The position numbers and the translations under genes were made by a program. Of a stretch of 56,169 bases of DNA, positions 28,759 through 38,889 are shown one piece after another (the first letter of the stretch is position 1; each line of letters opens with the position of its first letter). The stretch spans positions 1 through 56,169 of the forward strand of contig DUIB01000018.1 in assembly GCA_013330595.1 (NCBI GenBank). Direction: 5' to 3'. The DNA is from Candidatus Woesearchaeota archaeon (GTDB lineage: Archaea; Nanobdellota; Nanobdellia; Woesearchaeales; UBA9642). The notes below the pieces were generated by a model. It did not search any database. It was not told the DNA's origin and saw only the letters and a list, made by a program, of their open reading frames with translations.

Positions 28759-30720
28759 TTAATCACTGGCTTTTTCTATTTTTCTTAATATGTCCTCTTT
28801 GCCTTTCCAGTCTAATACTTCTTTAAGGACTTCAACAATTGTAGTTACAGGAATTATATGAACTTTTGATAATCTATCTGGATCAACAATAATATCTTTC
28901 ATATTTGTTTTAGGAACTATGACATTCTTTATGCCGGCTGCAATAGCTGCCTCTATCTTTGCACTTACTCCGCCGATAGGAAGCACTTCTCCTCTTACTG
29001 ATAAAGATCCTGTCATTGCATAATCCTGCTTTATCGGGATTTTCTTTAATGCTGATATGATTGTTGTTGCAACTGCTATTGATGCAGAATCCCCTTCTAC
29101 GCCCTCATATGTTTGCAAGAACTGAACATAAACATCCTTTGTTTCCTTTATATCCTCGCCAAAATATTTTTTTATTATTGCAGACACGTTCTTTATTGCT
29201 TCTTTAGCAATCTCTCCAAGTTTTCCTGTTGCGATGATCTCTGATTCTTTTCCGCCAGGAGTGACTTCAGCTTCTATAGGCAATACGATTCCTGAATAAT
29301 TAATTCCAGAGCCTATGACAGCCAGCCCGTTTACTCTTCCGACTTTTTTGCCTGTTACAATGATTACTTCATATTCTTTTTTTCGTTCAATGAATTTATC
29401 AGAGATTTGTTGCTCTAGAGTTCTTGCAATCTTTTTTGCCTTGATTATATGCCCTTTATTGACAAATTCTGCACTCTCTTCCATAGCAACATCTCCTGCT
29501 GCTCTTATTAATCCACCTAATTCCCTGAACATAAGGCTTAAATGCCCTTTTCTATTAGCTCTTCTTCTTGCCTCTTCAATTATATAATCAACAGCATCTT
29601 TGGTGAAATGAGGAATCTTCTTGTCTTTAGTGACTTCTTGGGCAACAAAAATTGCTATCTTATTTCTATTTTCTTCTGTGTCGAGCATTGTTTCATTCAT
29701 ATACACTTCATACCCATAACCCCTGATTCTTGATCTTAATGCAGGATGCATATGCTGTACTGTTTCAATATTTCCTGCTGCCACCAGAATAAATGTGCAA
29801 GGTACTGGCTCTGTTCTGACCATTGCACCAGCACTTCTCTCTGATTGACCAGTTATAGCATATTTTCCTTCTTGTAATGCAGTCAATAAATCCTGTTGAG
29901 TTGCTGGTTCTAATGTTGATATCTCATCAATGAACAAAACACCCATATGTGCTTTATGTATCATTCCTGCTACAACTCTTTCATTTGCAGGAGTCCCTAA
30001 ACCTCCTGACTGGAATGGATCATGCAATACATCCCCAAGCAATGCACCGGCATGAGCGCCAGTTGCATCATAGAATGGAACCTGTTTTTTATCAAAATTA
30101 TCAACAATCAATTTTGGTATTCCCTGATTGCCTCCGGCAACCTTTTTACCTAGATTCAGGAACATCACAAATGCTGCAAGGAACATCATTCCTCCTAAGA
30201 AGAATGCTGCAAACATTATGTCTGATTTATAATAATTCCTCACCCACCATGGGGCAATCATTGCAATGACAGCTAAAACAAGTATTATGATATTCTGGCT
30301 TTTCAATGTTGAATTATTCTCAAGCTTTGCTTTTGTGATTATCTCCCTGCCTTTGCCAGCCTCAATAGTTCTTATTAATGGCTGATTCTCATCATTAGGA
30401 TTAGGCAATGCAAGTATATCCATTAATTTTTCTTTAGGCAAAAGCTCAGCTAATGCAATCCCAAGCATGCTTTTTCCTGTTCCAGGCTCTCCAATTAAAA
30501 GAACATGCCTTCTTTGCCTTGCTGCTTTTTTTATTACATTAACAGCATCCTCCTGGCCAATGACTTGATCAATTATCAATTTAGAAACAGGAATATCTTT
30601 TGTAGTGTTAAAAGCAAGATTCTTTATATCAATAGTTTTCTCAGTAGTTGGATTTACATCAACCTTTTTTATTGTTTCCTTTTTCTTGCTCTTATTGACT
30701 TTAGATTTCTTTTTAGCCAT
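28759..30720 (-). CDS. lonB: Membrane-anchored ATP-dependent protease LonB
   Basis: GEPGTGKS, two TM segments, FIDEI, HPALRSR, catalytic GDSAS and GGVSAK. Confidence 0.96.
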   Translation of the reverse strand: MAKKKSKVNKSKKKETIKKVDVNPTTEKTIDIKNLAFNTTKDIPVSKLIIDQVIGQEDAVNVIKKAARQRRHVLLIGEPGTGKSMLGIALAELLPKEKLMDILALPNPNDENQPLIRTIEAGKGREIITKAKLENNSTLKSQNIIILVLAVIAMIAPWWVRNYYKSDIMFAAFFLGGMMFLAAFVMFLNLGKKVAGGNQGIPKLIVDNFDKKQVPFYDATGAHAGALLGDVLHDPFQSGGLGTPANERVVAGMIHKAHMGVLFIDEISTLEPATQQDLLTALQEGKYAITGQSERSAGAMVRTEPVPCTFILVAAGNIETVQHMHPALRSRIRGYGYEVYMNETMLDTEENRNKIAIFVAQEVTKDKKIPHFTKDAVDYIIEEARRRANRKGHLSLMFRELGGLIRAAGDVAMEESAEFVNKGHIIKAKKIARTLEQQISDKFIERKKEYEVIIVTGKKVGRVNGLAVIGSGINYSGIVLPIEAEVTPGGKESEIIATGKLGEIAKEAIKNVSAIIKKYFGEDIKETKDVYVQFLQTYEGVEGDSASIAVATTIISALKKIPIKQDYAMTGSLSVRGEVLPIGGVSAKIEAAIAAGIKNVIVPKTNMKDIIVDPDRLSKVHIIPVTTIVEVLKEVLDWKGKEDILRKIEKASD

Positions 30721-30856
30721 ATCACACCCAGTTATAAATAGAAATTACCTCATATTATAAATTTTATGTTAGTATCCTCTAGTGTTGATATTTTACATTC
30801 AAAAGACTCAACCGACATCTTTATAAATACCTCAATTTTCCTTTTCATTGATTATT

Positions 30857-31150
30857 ATGACAACTAGGATGGATGGATTTAGGAAGAGAACTAGAAGAAA
30901 ATTCAAGAAGAATCAGTCAGATAAAGGAAAGCTAAGCATAAGAAGTTATCTGCAAAAATTAAATACAGGAGACAAGGTTGCATTGATAGTTGAGCCAGCA
31001 TATCAGAGGGGAATGTACAGGCCTAAATTTTTAGGTAAAGTCGGGATAATTACTGGTGTTAAAGGCCAATGCTATCAAGTTGAAATCAGTGATTTTTCCA
31101 AGAAAAAAACCTTAATAGTCCATCCAATACATTTAAAGAAATTAAGCTAA
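30857..31150 (+). CDS. rpl21e: 50S ribosomal protein L21e
   Basis: G.R.RTR.KF, GDKV, G.VG.I.G, IVHPIHL. Confidence 0.93.
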   Translation: MTTRMDGFRKRTRRKFKKNQSDKGKLSIRSYLQKLNTGDKVALIVEPAYQRGMYRPKFLGKVGIITGVKGQCYQVEISDFSKKKTLIVHPIHLKKLS

Positions 31151-31212
31151 TTATTGTATAAACTAATAGCTTATCAAAAATATAAAAAATATAATTACAT
31201 GGGTGCATCAAA

Positions 31213-31569
31213 ATGCCTGATCTAAAAATCGTCGAAGAAAAACCTATAAACCTTGCTCAATTGAAGGAAGAGCTAAAAGAGATCAAGAAGAGAGATGATG
31301 AACTTGGTTTTAGGACAGCAAAAGTATCTGAACAGTTAGAGGTATTGAAGGTTATAAAGGAAAAGGATGCTGAGGAGCTTTTTCAAAAAATCGAGAAACT
31401 AAGCATTCCAAGATTAAAAGATGTTCACATATGCAAAATCATTGATTTATTGCCGTCAAGCATGGTTGAATTGAAGAACATTACATCAGGATATTCATTA
31501 ACAATAAATAATGAAAATCTTGAGAAGATTCTGAAATTAGTTGAGGATTATCGGCCTAAAAAGAAATAA
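31213..31569 (+). CDS. rpo4: RNA polymerase subunit Rpo4 (F)
   Basis: KIIDLLP motif; conserved rpl21e-rpo4-DUF655 order. Confidence 0.85.
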   Translation: MPDLKIVEEKPINLAQLKEELKEIKKRDDELGFRTAKVSEQLEVLKVIKEKDAEELFQKIEKLSIPRLKDVHICKIIDLLPSSMVELKNITSGYSLTINNENLEKILKLVEDYRPKKK

Positions 31570-31621
31570 GGCCTTTCTGCACAAAATTTAAATACTATCA
31601 TAAATAATTAAATTATTGACT

Positions 31622-32188
31622 ATGGAGCAAAGACAAGAAAAAATGAAAGAAGAATATGCAGTTGTATTAGATTTCTTGCCTAATGGATACAGCAATGATG
31701 ATAGGCCTATGTTTAAAAAAACACCTATAGTCCAGGTCATTGGAAAGGAAAATTTTACATTGCTTGAGCTTGTCCCTAAGAAGGATGTTTTCTTGCAGCC
31801 ATCACAAGAGGTTTATATTGGAGAGAAAGAGAGAGATAAGATACATCATATCAATGGAAGGCTTCCTTTGATTAAACTTACACCAACTGCAAGATCAGAG
31901 ATTGAGCATATTGTCCAGAAGATAGTGCATGAAAATCCTGTAAGATTTGTTGAATTCTTTAATGCAGCACAGCCTTTAAGCACAAGAATGCATTCACTAG
32001 AATTATTGCCAGGACTGGGAAAAAAGCATATGTGGCAGATTCTTGAAGAGAGAAGAGGCGACCCATTCAAGGATTTTGAAGACTTAAAGAGGAGAGTAAA
32101 GTTGATTCCAGATCCTGAAAAGATTATTATTAAGCGAATCCTTAAAGAACTTGACAGGAATGAGAAGCATTACATATTTCTAGATTAA
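31622..32188 (+). CDS. DUF655 RNA-binding protein
   Basis: AVVLDFL, FTLLEL, RMHSLELLPGLGKK. Confidence 0.9.
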   Translation: MEQRQEKMKEEYAVVLDFLPNGYSNDDRPMFKKTPIVQVIGKENFTLLELVPKKDVFLQPSQEVYIGEKERDKIHHINGRLPLIKLTPTARSEIEHIVQKIVHENPVRFVEFFNAAQPLSTRMHSLELLPGLGKKHMWQILEERRGDPFKDFEDLKRRVKLIPDPEKIIIKRILKELDRNEKHYIFLD

Positions 32189-32231
32189 TATTAATCATAA
32201 ATTTTATAAACAAGTCATTCTAGAATGCATT

Positions 32232-32864
32232 ATGTTTAATGAAACTGTTAATGCTGCATCTACTGTTGTTAATCAGACCCTAAATTATTTAAGCACTGAT
32301 TTTTTTTCTAGGATTCTTGCCATCCTAGAAGCCCCAATTAAGAATCCTCAAATGTTATGGATGCTTCTTCCATTGCTTGCAACTGCAATACTAATTGAAT
32401 TCTATTTTGGCAGATACAAAGATGAAGAGCTTGGATGGAATACTGCCTATGGCAATGCATTAGTATTGGCGTTTATTTCAATAGATTTATTAAGGCATAC
32501 CTATGAGCCATTAGGATTGACAATAAGAGATGCAATATTTGTTGGAAACTCAAAGATTTTTGTTGCATTGATTATTTTCAGTTTTGCATTATTGCTATTA
32601 TTTATTGATTTTTTCCATTTCCTGCCAAAAAAGTTGGCATATGCTATATCAAGCCCTGCCTATATAAATTTTTTAGGATTAATAGGGATAATGCTTGTTT
32701 ATTCTTCAAAGATTCCTCTTGATTGGACAACATTCGGAGCATGCCTTGTGATATTAATATTGTTTATAATAATTGCAGAATTATTATATCTAATGGTTCC
32801 AACGCATCATAGCCCAATAAATAGAATTTTGACAGTTGATGATAAAGAAAAGAAAAAAAATTAG
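32232..32864 (+). CDS. Hypothetical multi-pass membrane protein
   Basis: Several TM segments; EELGWNTAYGN motif. Confidence 0.75.
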   Translation: MFNETVNAASTVVNQTLNYLSTDFFSRILAILEAPIKNPQMLWMLLPLLATAILIEFYFGRYKDEELGWNTAYGNALVLAFISIDLLRHTYEPLGLTIRDAIFVGNSKIFVALIIFSFALLLLFIDFFHFLPKKLAYAISSPAYINFLGLIGIMLVYSSKIPLDWTTFGACLVILILFIIIAELLYLMVPTHHSPINRILTVDDKEKKKN

Positions 32865-33367
32865 ACATCCCTAGATTTTCTTCCTGCACTTGTCAATCCA
32901 CGATTAGCTCTTCCTTTCATATTTGCAAGGCTCTTAAGCAATGGATCTGAAACAACAACAGGATGATCCCTGTCAATAAGAATCACTTCATACCATCTAT
33001 AGATTGCATCCTCTCCAACAAAATAGCTATTCAGCACTTCACAATTTTTGTATTTATCATTTGCTCTTTCTTCTGCAATCTGTTGATAGCTCTTGTCAAG
33101 TATCTTTCTCTGGAAATTATGAGAAGTTCTTCTTCCTGACCTTATTGTAGGCCTCTGTCTTCCTCCTCTATTGACTCTTTGCCTTACAACAATGATGCCT
33201 TGTTTAGCTCTATATCCGAGAGATCTTGCCCTGTCAATTCTTGTCGGTCTCTCTATCCTTACAGTGGTATTCTCTTTTCTCCACTCTGCTAACCTCTTTC
33301 TATGCATCTGTAAGAAATCATGATCCTGTTTTTTCCAGGTCTCTTTAACATGTTTATACAATCCCAT
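32861..33367 (-). CDS. rpl15e: 50S ribosomal protein L15e
   Basis: RPTRIDRARSLGYRAKQG, VLNSY, RGLTSAGRKSR. Confidence 0.97.
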   Translation of the reverse strand: MGLYKHVKETWKKQDHDFLQMHRKRLAEWRKENTTVRIERPTRIDRARSLGYRAKQGIIVVRQRVNRGGRQRPTIRSGRRTSHNFQRKILDKSYQQIAEERANDKYKNCEVLNSYFVGEDAIYRWYEVILIDRDHPVVVSDPLLKSLANMKGRANRGLTSAGRKSRDV

Positions 33368-33375
33368 TTTGCCTC

Positions 33376-33435
33376 CAAATTTTTTTGCGAAAAAATTTAG
33401 TAAAAGCGAGCGACATTCACTTCGTTCAGTCCCTC
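33376..33435. repeat. Palindromic units in the rpl15e 5' region
   Basis: AAATTTTTT-TGCG-AAAAAATTT hairpin and a GC-rich GAGCGAC..CACTTCGTT..GTCCCTC hairpin. Confidence 0.55.
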
Positions 33436-33615
33436 AAACTTCTTTAATTCGCTTCTTAATAAATTTCTACGACAGCTTCAAGTAAGCAACTACTCACATC
33501 GCTGATATTGACTAGGAAAAAATTATTGTTTATAAATGTGATTGATTTCGAGTTTTTCATTTCCACAAATTATTTAAATTAACAATTATTCTTGTCTTTG
33601 TTCTGAGGTGATTAC

Positions 33616-33972
33616 ATGGCAGAAACAGACGAAAAGATTAGTGATAAAGTAAATGAACCATTGAATCTTGGTGGAAATATACAATTAGTAGGCTTTAAGC
33701 AAGTAAGCTTGTCTGAAGTGGTTGTTGTTAAGAAGATCGTAGGGAGTTATACTAGAAAGATTCAGGAGAATTGCAAGAATTTCCAGTCAATAACAGTGAT
33801 GCTCAAAGAGATTCATAAAATTGATAATAATGCAAAGCATGAAATTCATGTTAAGGTTATTGATGATAGTAAGCCTTTCAATTCAGAGATTGTTGATAAG
33901 AATATGTTTGTTGCCCTAGACTCTGCATTGAGAAAAGTCCAGGCAGAGATTACAAGTCATAATAGAAGATAA
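33616..33972 (+). CDS. Stand-alone HPF/RaiA-fold-like protein (tentative)
   Basis: SD GAGGTG; beta-alpha-beta-beta-beta-alpha pattern ending MFVALDSALRKV. Confidence 0.55.
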   Translation: MAETDEKISDKVNEPLNLGGNIQLVGFKQVSLSEVVVVKKIVGSYTRKIQENCKNFQSITVMLKEIHKIDNNAKHEIHVKVIDDSKPFNSEIVDKNMFVALDSALRKVQAEITSHNRR

Positions 33973-33980
33973 AAAATAAT

Positions 33981-34427
33981 TTATTTTTTAGGAACTTTTT
34001 TAGGTGTTGAAGACTTTTTTGTTTCCTGTTTTTTTGGAGTTTCTTCTTTAACGTCAGCAGTTTCTTCACTCTCCATTTTTTTTGTCTCTTTTTTCTTTTC
34101 TTCAACTTTCTTCTCTGCAGATTCTTTCTTATCTTTCTGCTTTTCCTTTTCTTCTTTCTTCATATGATCATACTTGAATCCGTGCAGTTCTGCCTTGACT
34201 GTTCCATCATCCTCTTTTATCACAGATACTTTTACGTGATGTGGAGGATTTTTTATTCCATGCTTCCATAAGTATTCATTAAGATTCTTTCCGATACGTA
34301 TCTTGTCAGATTTCATATGCTGCTTTAGAAATTCCTGTAGTGTTGAGACTGCCTTTTTTGCTTTTTTATATCGTGCTTTATTGATGAATCCTTTTCTTAA
34401 TGGAACAATATATGTTCTTTCAATCAT
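33981..34427 (-). CDS. rpl31e: 50S ribosomal protein L31e with K/E-rich tail
   Basis: ERTYIVPLR, KHGIKNPP. Confidence 0.93.
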   Translation of the reverse strand: MIERTYIVPLRKGFINKARYKKAKKAVSTLQEFLKQHMKSDKIRIGKNLNEYLWKHGIKNPPHHVKVSVIKEDDGTVKAELHGFKYDHMKKEEKEKQKDKKESAEKKVEEKKKETKKMESEETADVKEETPKKQETKKSSTPKKVPKK

Positions 34428-34434
34428 TTTATCC

Positions 34435-34608
34435 TCATGCTTTTAACTTTGTCCTACGCCAAGAACGTTTTTGTTTAGTGTGTCTTCCCGGATGCACTCT
34501 TCTTGTCTTTCCATATTTCTTTGGAACAGTCCAGAATGGCGCCCATCTAGTTCTTTTATTTGCCTTTGCTAATCGTGCTTTTTTGCTTGGATGTTTTACC
34601 TTTGCCAT
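34435..34608 (-). CDS. rpl39e: 50S ribosomal protein L39e
   Basis: KKARLAKA..P.W...RSWRRTKLK. Confidence 0.9.
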   Translation of the reverse strand: MAKVKHPSKKARLAKANKRTRWAPFWTVPKKYGKTRRVHPGRHTKQKRSWRRTKLKA

Positions 34609-34613
34609 TTTAA

Positions 34614-35012
34614 TCATCTATTGCATTTTGATATTAATGATTGACCTTTTGGTGTTAATACCCTGCCTTTATGAACATTTTTTTCTGCTTGTATTGTTAA
34701 TCCTGCTTTGTCAAGTTCTTGCAAAGCTTTTCTTATAATATTTCCAGATCCTTTATAGAACTTTTCTTGTCCTACGCCCATGTTTTTTCTTCCACCATAT
34801 TTTACTCTTAATTTTGCTACGCCTATCGGACCTTTTTTTGATATCTGCAACAATACTGATGCAGCTCTCTTGAAGAACCATTCCTTGTCTGTTGGTGGTC
34901 TTTCTTTATGAGTACTGGTCTTAACATATGGTGTCCATTCAGGCTGCTTGATTGTTTTTTTCAATTGTACTGCTAAATTTTCGATTATTTTACTTGATTC
35001 TATTGTGTTCAT
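34614..35012 (-). CDS. rps19e: 30S ribosomal protein S19e
   Basis: PEW..VKT..KERPP, RAASVL, YGGRK, GSGNIIRKALQEL. Confidence 0.95.
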   Translation of the reverse strand: MNTIESSKIIENLAVQLKKTIKQPEWTPYVKTSTHKERPPTDKEWFFKRAASVLLQISKKGPIGVAKLRVKYGGRKNMGVGQEKFYKGSGNIIRKALQELDKAGLTIQAEKNVHKGRVLTPKGQSLISKCNR

Positions 35013-35141
35013 TTCCTTACCTCAGACAGCATGTTTGCAACTCAATGCAGTCTGTACTCGAAACTCTAAGAGGAAAAATAAATGATTTATAAATATGACG
35101 TTTTTAAGAAGATTTATAAAAAAATCTTCTATTCTTCAATT

Positions 35142-37109
35142 ATGCCTGACATTGAGCTTGAGAAGATTGAAGAGATGCTTTTTCCTCATCCAGAAATTAG
35201 ATCGATTCAGGATGTTATGATCAGGAAGATTGATGAATGTATCAAGAATAGAAGAAGTCTTGTTGCTCACGCTCCTACTGGTTTAGGAAAGACTGCTGCA
35301 GCATTAAGCCCTGCATTGACTCATATCATTAAAAACAACAATAATCTGACTTTATTTTTCTTGACTTCAAGACACACACAGCATAAGATTGTTCTAGAAA
35401 CATTAAAAAAAATCAATGATAAATTCTCATTAAACATTATTGGCAGCTCTGTTATTGGGAAAAAGCATCTCTGTCTTCAGCCTTCTGTTGACAAGATGTA
35501 TAGCAAAGAGTTTAATGAATTCTGCAGGTTGCTTGTTGATAATCAAAAGTGTGATTACTTTAATGCTCTGAAGTCAGGCACAAAACTAAGTCCTGATGCT
35601 GAACATATCTTAAATGACCTTAAGAAGAAATCTGTTGTTTCAGCAGAGAATATTATTCAATCAAGCTCCTTAAGATCAATATGTCCTTATGAAATTGCGC
35701 TACAATTCGCAAAAAACGCTAAGGTAATAATTGCTGATTATCAGTATATGTTTAATCCTATGATAAGGGATAATTTCCTTAAGAAAATAAGCAAAAGTCT
35801 TGAGAATGCGATAATCATCATTGATGAAGCTCATAATCTTCCTTCAAGGATAAAGGATTTGAGTTCTGAATTCTTGTCTAATATCCAGATAAAGAGAGCT
35901 ATAACTGAAGCTAAAAAATATAATTATGAAGCTATTGGAGAACAGCTTGAGCAATTAAATGAGATTCTTGATGATTATAGTTCTGGATTAAGGTTTGATG
36001 AAAGTGCTAGATTCCAGAAAAATCCTAATGTTACATTAAGCAATTTCCAATCTGCAAAAGAAGTGAGGTTCTATGAGACTAATGAAAAATACCTCACAAA
36101 GCAAGAGTTTGTTGATCATATTAACAGAATTAAGGATTATGATGAATTAATCTCTGAACTAGTATTTGCAGGAAATGCTATTAGAGATATCCAGAACATG
36201 AGCTATGTTGGGAGTATTGCTGGATTTCTTGAAGCATGGATAGGCCAGGATGAAGGCTTTACAAGAATCTTAAGTTTAAAGAAGCTAAGAGACAAAACAG
36301 AAATGATAACTTTAGGCTATAGGTGCCTTGATCCTAGCATTATTGCTGAACAAGTATTCAAGAATGCTTATTCTTGTGTGTTGATGTCAGGAACTTTAAC
36401 TCCAACATCAATGTATAAGGAATTGCTTGGCATTGATGCAGAGGAATTGACTTTGAAAAGTCCTTTCCCTGTTGAGAATAGGCTAAATCTTATTGTTCCT
36501 AAGACAAGCACAAAATATGAGTTAAGAAGTCCTGAGCAATACAAAGAGATTGCAAAGACATTGGCTGATATTACTGAAGATGTTAAAGGATCAATTGCAA
36601 TATATTTTACAAGTTATTATCTAATGGATGAGATATCTAAATCATTTTCATTATTGACAAAAAAGACTGTATTTACAGAGCGACCTGAAATGTCAAAACA
36701 GGATAAGCAAGAGTTTTTGGATAATTTTGTCAAATACAAGGATACAGGAGCTGTATTATTGGCTGTTATTAGCGGAAGCTTTTCAGAAGGCATCGATCTT
36801 CCAAATGTGCTTAAAATGGTCATAATTGTTGGCTTGCCATTGCAAAAGCCTGATCTTGAGACAAAGGCATTGATTGATTATTTTGATAAAAAGTTCAGTA
36901 AGGGATGGGATTACGGATATCTGTTTCCTGCATTCACTAAAGCTATTCAGGCTGCTGGAAGATGCATTAGATCTGAGAAGGATAAAGGTATTATTGTTTT
37001 TCTTGATGAAAGATACTCCTGGAGCAATTACATGAGATGCTTTCCAAACAATTGGCCATTAAAAGTAAGTCTTCTGTATAAGGAGATGATAAGGAAATTC
37101 TATGAATAA
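35142..37109 (+). CDS. xpd: XPD/Rad3-family Fe-S DNA helicase
   Basis: APTGLGKT, four Cys (HLC, FC, KC, ICPY), IDEAHN, SGTL, SEGID, QAAGRCIR; start re-picked at 35142. Confidence 0.92.
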   Translation: MPDIELEKIEEMLFPHPEIRSIQDVMIRKIDECIKNRRSLVAHAPTGLGKTAAALSPALTHIIKNNNNLTLFFLTSRHTQHKIVLETLKKINDKFSLNIIGSSVIGKKHLCLQPSVDKMYSKEFNEFCRLLVDNQKCDYFNALKSGTKLSPDAEHILNDLKKKSVVSAENIIQSSSLRSICPYEIALQFAKNAKVIIADYQYMFNPMIRDNFLKKISKSLENAIIIIDEAHNLPSRIKDLSSEFLSNIQIKRAITEAKKYNYEAIGEQLEQLNEILDDYSSGLRFDESARFQKNPNVTLSNFQSAKEVRFYETNEKYLTKQEFVDHINRIKDYDELISELVFAGNAIRDIQNMSYVGSIAGFLEAWIGQDEGFTRILSLKKLRDKTEMITLGYRCLDPSIIAEQVFKNAYSCVLMSGTLTPTSMYKELLGIDAEELTLKSPFPVENRLNLIVPKTSTKYELRSPEQYKEIAKTLADITEDVKGSIAIYFTSYYLMDEISKSFSLLTKKTVFTERPEMSKQDKQEFLDNFVKYKDTGAVLLAVISGSFSEGIDLPNVLKMVIIVGLPLQKPDLETKALIDYFDKKFSKGWDYGYLFPAFTKAIQAAGRCIRSEKDKGIIVFLDERYSWSNYMRCFPNNWPLKVSLLYKEMIRKFYE

Positions 37110-37484
37110 TTAACTGTATATTATCTTTCCAATTTTGCTTATTCTCTTTTCTAGAGTTTCAAGTTCATCATATGATGCAAACCGGGGTATTCTGACTGCA
37201 AAAGCAGAATTCCTAATGGAAAAGCGTTTACCTTCTGTTTTTGAGGTATACTCATTAGTCAAATCATCTAGAGATTTCTGGCATATGAATTTAACTTGTT
37301 TAATCTTCTCTACATGCGGTGTACCTAAAGGAATGACTTTGTGTACTATTAATTCATATAATGGATTGGCAGATAATATTTTGATTTCATCACAGTTTTC
37401 GAATCCAATAACCGTCATTCTGTTATCAGAACCATTTCCTGAATTAATAGTCTGGTATGCTATTGCCCAATATTTTTGTTTCAT
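37110..37484 (-). CDS. Hypothetical protein
   Basis: SD GGAGGTG; ATGA overlap with the upstream extended frame. Confidence 0.7.
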   Translation of the reverse strand: MKQKYWAIAYQTINSGNGSDNRMTVIGFENCDEIKILSANPLYELIVHKVIPLGTPHVEKIKQVKFICQKSLDDLTNEYTSKTEGKRFSIRNSAFAVRIPRFASYDELETLEKRISKIGKIIYS

Positions 37485-38218
37485 TTATACACCTCCAATT
37501 TCTCGAGTATTTGCCCATATTTTTCTGCATGAAATCCGTTGAAATTCCATATTCCGATATTTTTTTTGATTGTTTTCCATGGGTTTCCTGCAATATGATT
37601 GAAACTTCCATCTTTCATACGGAAAAAACCATTAGATGCTAGAGAATACAGCATTGCAATTCTTATCTCTCCATTCTTTTCGAACTTGTTCAGGTTGCTA
37701 TAATCTATCTCTTCGAGTGTAAGACTGTAATGCTATGCATATCTCTTGAAATTATCTATACAAGATTGTTTTTCTTTTTCAGATTTTGCATATTTTTCTG
37801 GTTCACAAAACGCCAGCACTCTATCAAAATCTCTTTTTTTAAAATTATCTTCGTAATAATGCTTATCGTATATGAACGGCTTAAAGTCAAAACCCCCGTA
37901 ATTAATGGCTTCAAGTCTTTCTTGGTCATCATACGACTGATATATGTATATTTTCTTGCCGAAATCATTCTCAGATTTGTTAAGAAATGTTGTTCTAAGA
38001 TTTTCAGCTTCTTGACTGTGATCACGATATGTATCTCTCCTTTCATATGCATCAACAGCACATTCAATTAGCTTTCTTGCATTAAAGAAGTGTCCTGATT
38101 CAAATTCATCCTTTGCAAGCAATTCAAGAACTAATCCTTTTGATAAGATTAGGTCTTCATGATTTCTCTTATTGCCAAGAACTATTCCTTTTTGTTTTGG
38201 TTTTAGTAAACAGTACAT
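37481..38218 (-). pseudogene. Paralog of 38890-39762 interrupted by one in-frame TAG (37733-37735)
   Basis: Frame stays open after the TAG for 83 codons including IAMLYSLASNGFFR and ends in a TGA overlapping the next ATG. Confidence 0.75.
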
Positions 38219-38252
38219 TTTTCATCACTTTGTATACTTTTCTACTTTTGAT

Positions 38253-38834
38253 TTATTCGCTTTGCATTAAAATCCCTATAAGTAAATCTAATTTTTTGTC
38301 TTTGCTAAACAGGCGAGATAAATTAGCTTTGTACGTATCTATTGCGTTAAATGGTATAAAATTAATAAGATTATTGACCTGACTATGTTTTTCCCATTGT
38401 TCTCTGGAGAATTCAATGGCTACCCCTGTAAACTCAACTCCCTTGAAATTTTGTTTTAAATATTGGTTGAATTCTTTATAGCTTTTATTTGCTTGATCGG
38501 TAATATTTAACCTGAATTCTTTTTTTCCTAATTCTACAGCCCAGCTATCAGCAAATATTCCGCATATGGTATCCAATTCTTTATTATTTTTGTTACGCAC
38601 CTCGGCGTCATATGTAACCATTGGCTGATTTCTGGCTGGGTAGATTTTTACATTGGAGATCTCGTAAGTACGCTCTACAAGTTGTTTTGGTTTAACGTGC
38701 CTATAATTTCCGACTCTGTCCACTGCAATTAATTGGGTATCAGGCTGCTTATTTAATAAAATTTTATCTAAGTATATTATCAAATGGTGCATTGTTGCCG
38801 GAAATTGGTCATAATTTATTCTCTGGTTTGTCAT
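38253..38834 (-). CDS. Hypothetical protein
   Basis: 193-aa ORF with GGAGAG SD. Confidence 0.7.
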   Translation of the reverse strand: MTNQRINYDQFPATMHHLIIYLDKILLNKQPDTQLIAVDRVGNYRHVKPKQLVERTYEISNVKIYPARNQPMVTYDAEVRNKNNKELDTICGIFADSWAVELGKKEFRLNITDQANKSYKEFNQYLKQNFKGVEFTGVAIEFSREQWEKHSQVNNLINFIPFNAIDTYKANLSRLFSKDKKLDLLIGILMQSE

Positions 38835-38889
38835 TTTGTTTTTCTCTCCATCAATACCTTAGTATGTCTCCTAATTTATAGTCGAAGTT

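Noticed and set aside
37733..37735. Genome-wide amber recoding
   Set aside because: TAG ends apparently complete genes elsewhere (e.g. 20442, 24734, 32864), and no pyl genes are seen in the window.
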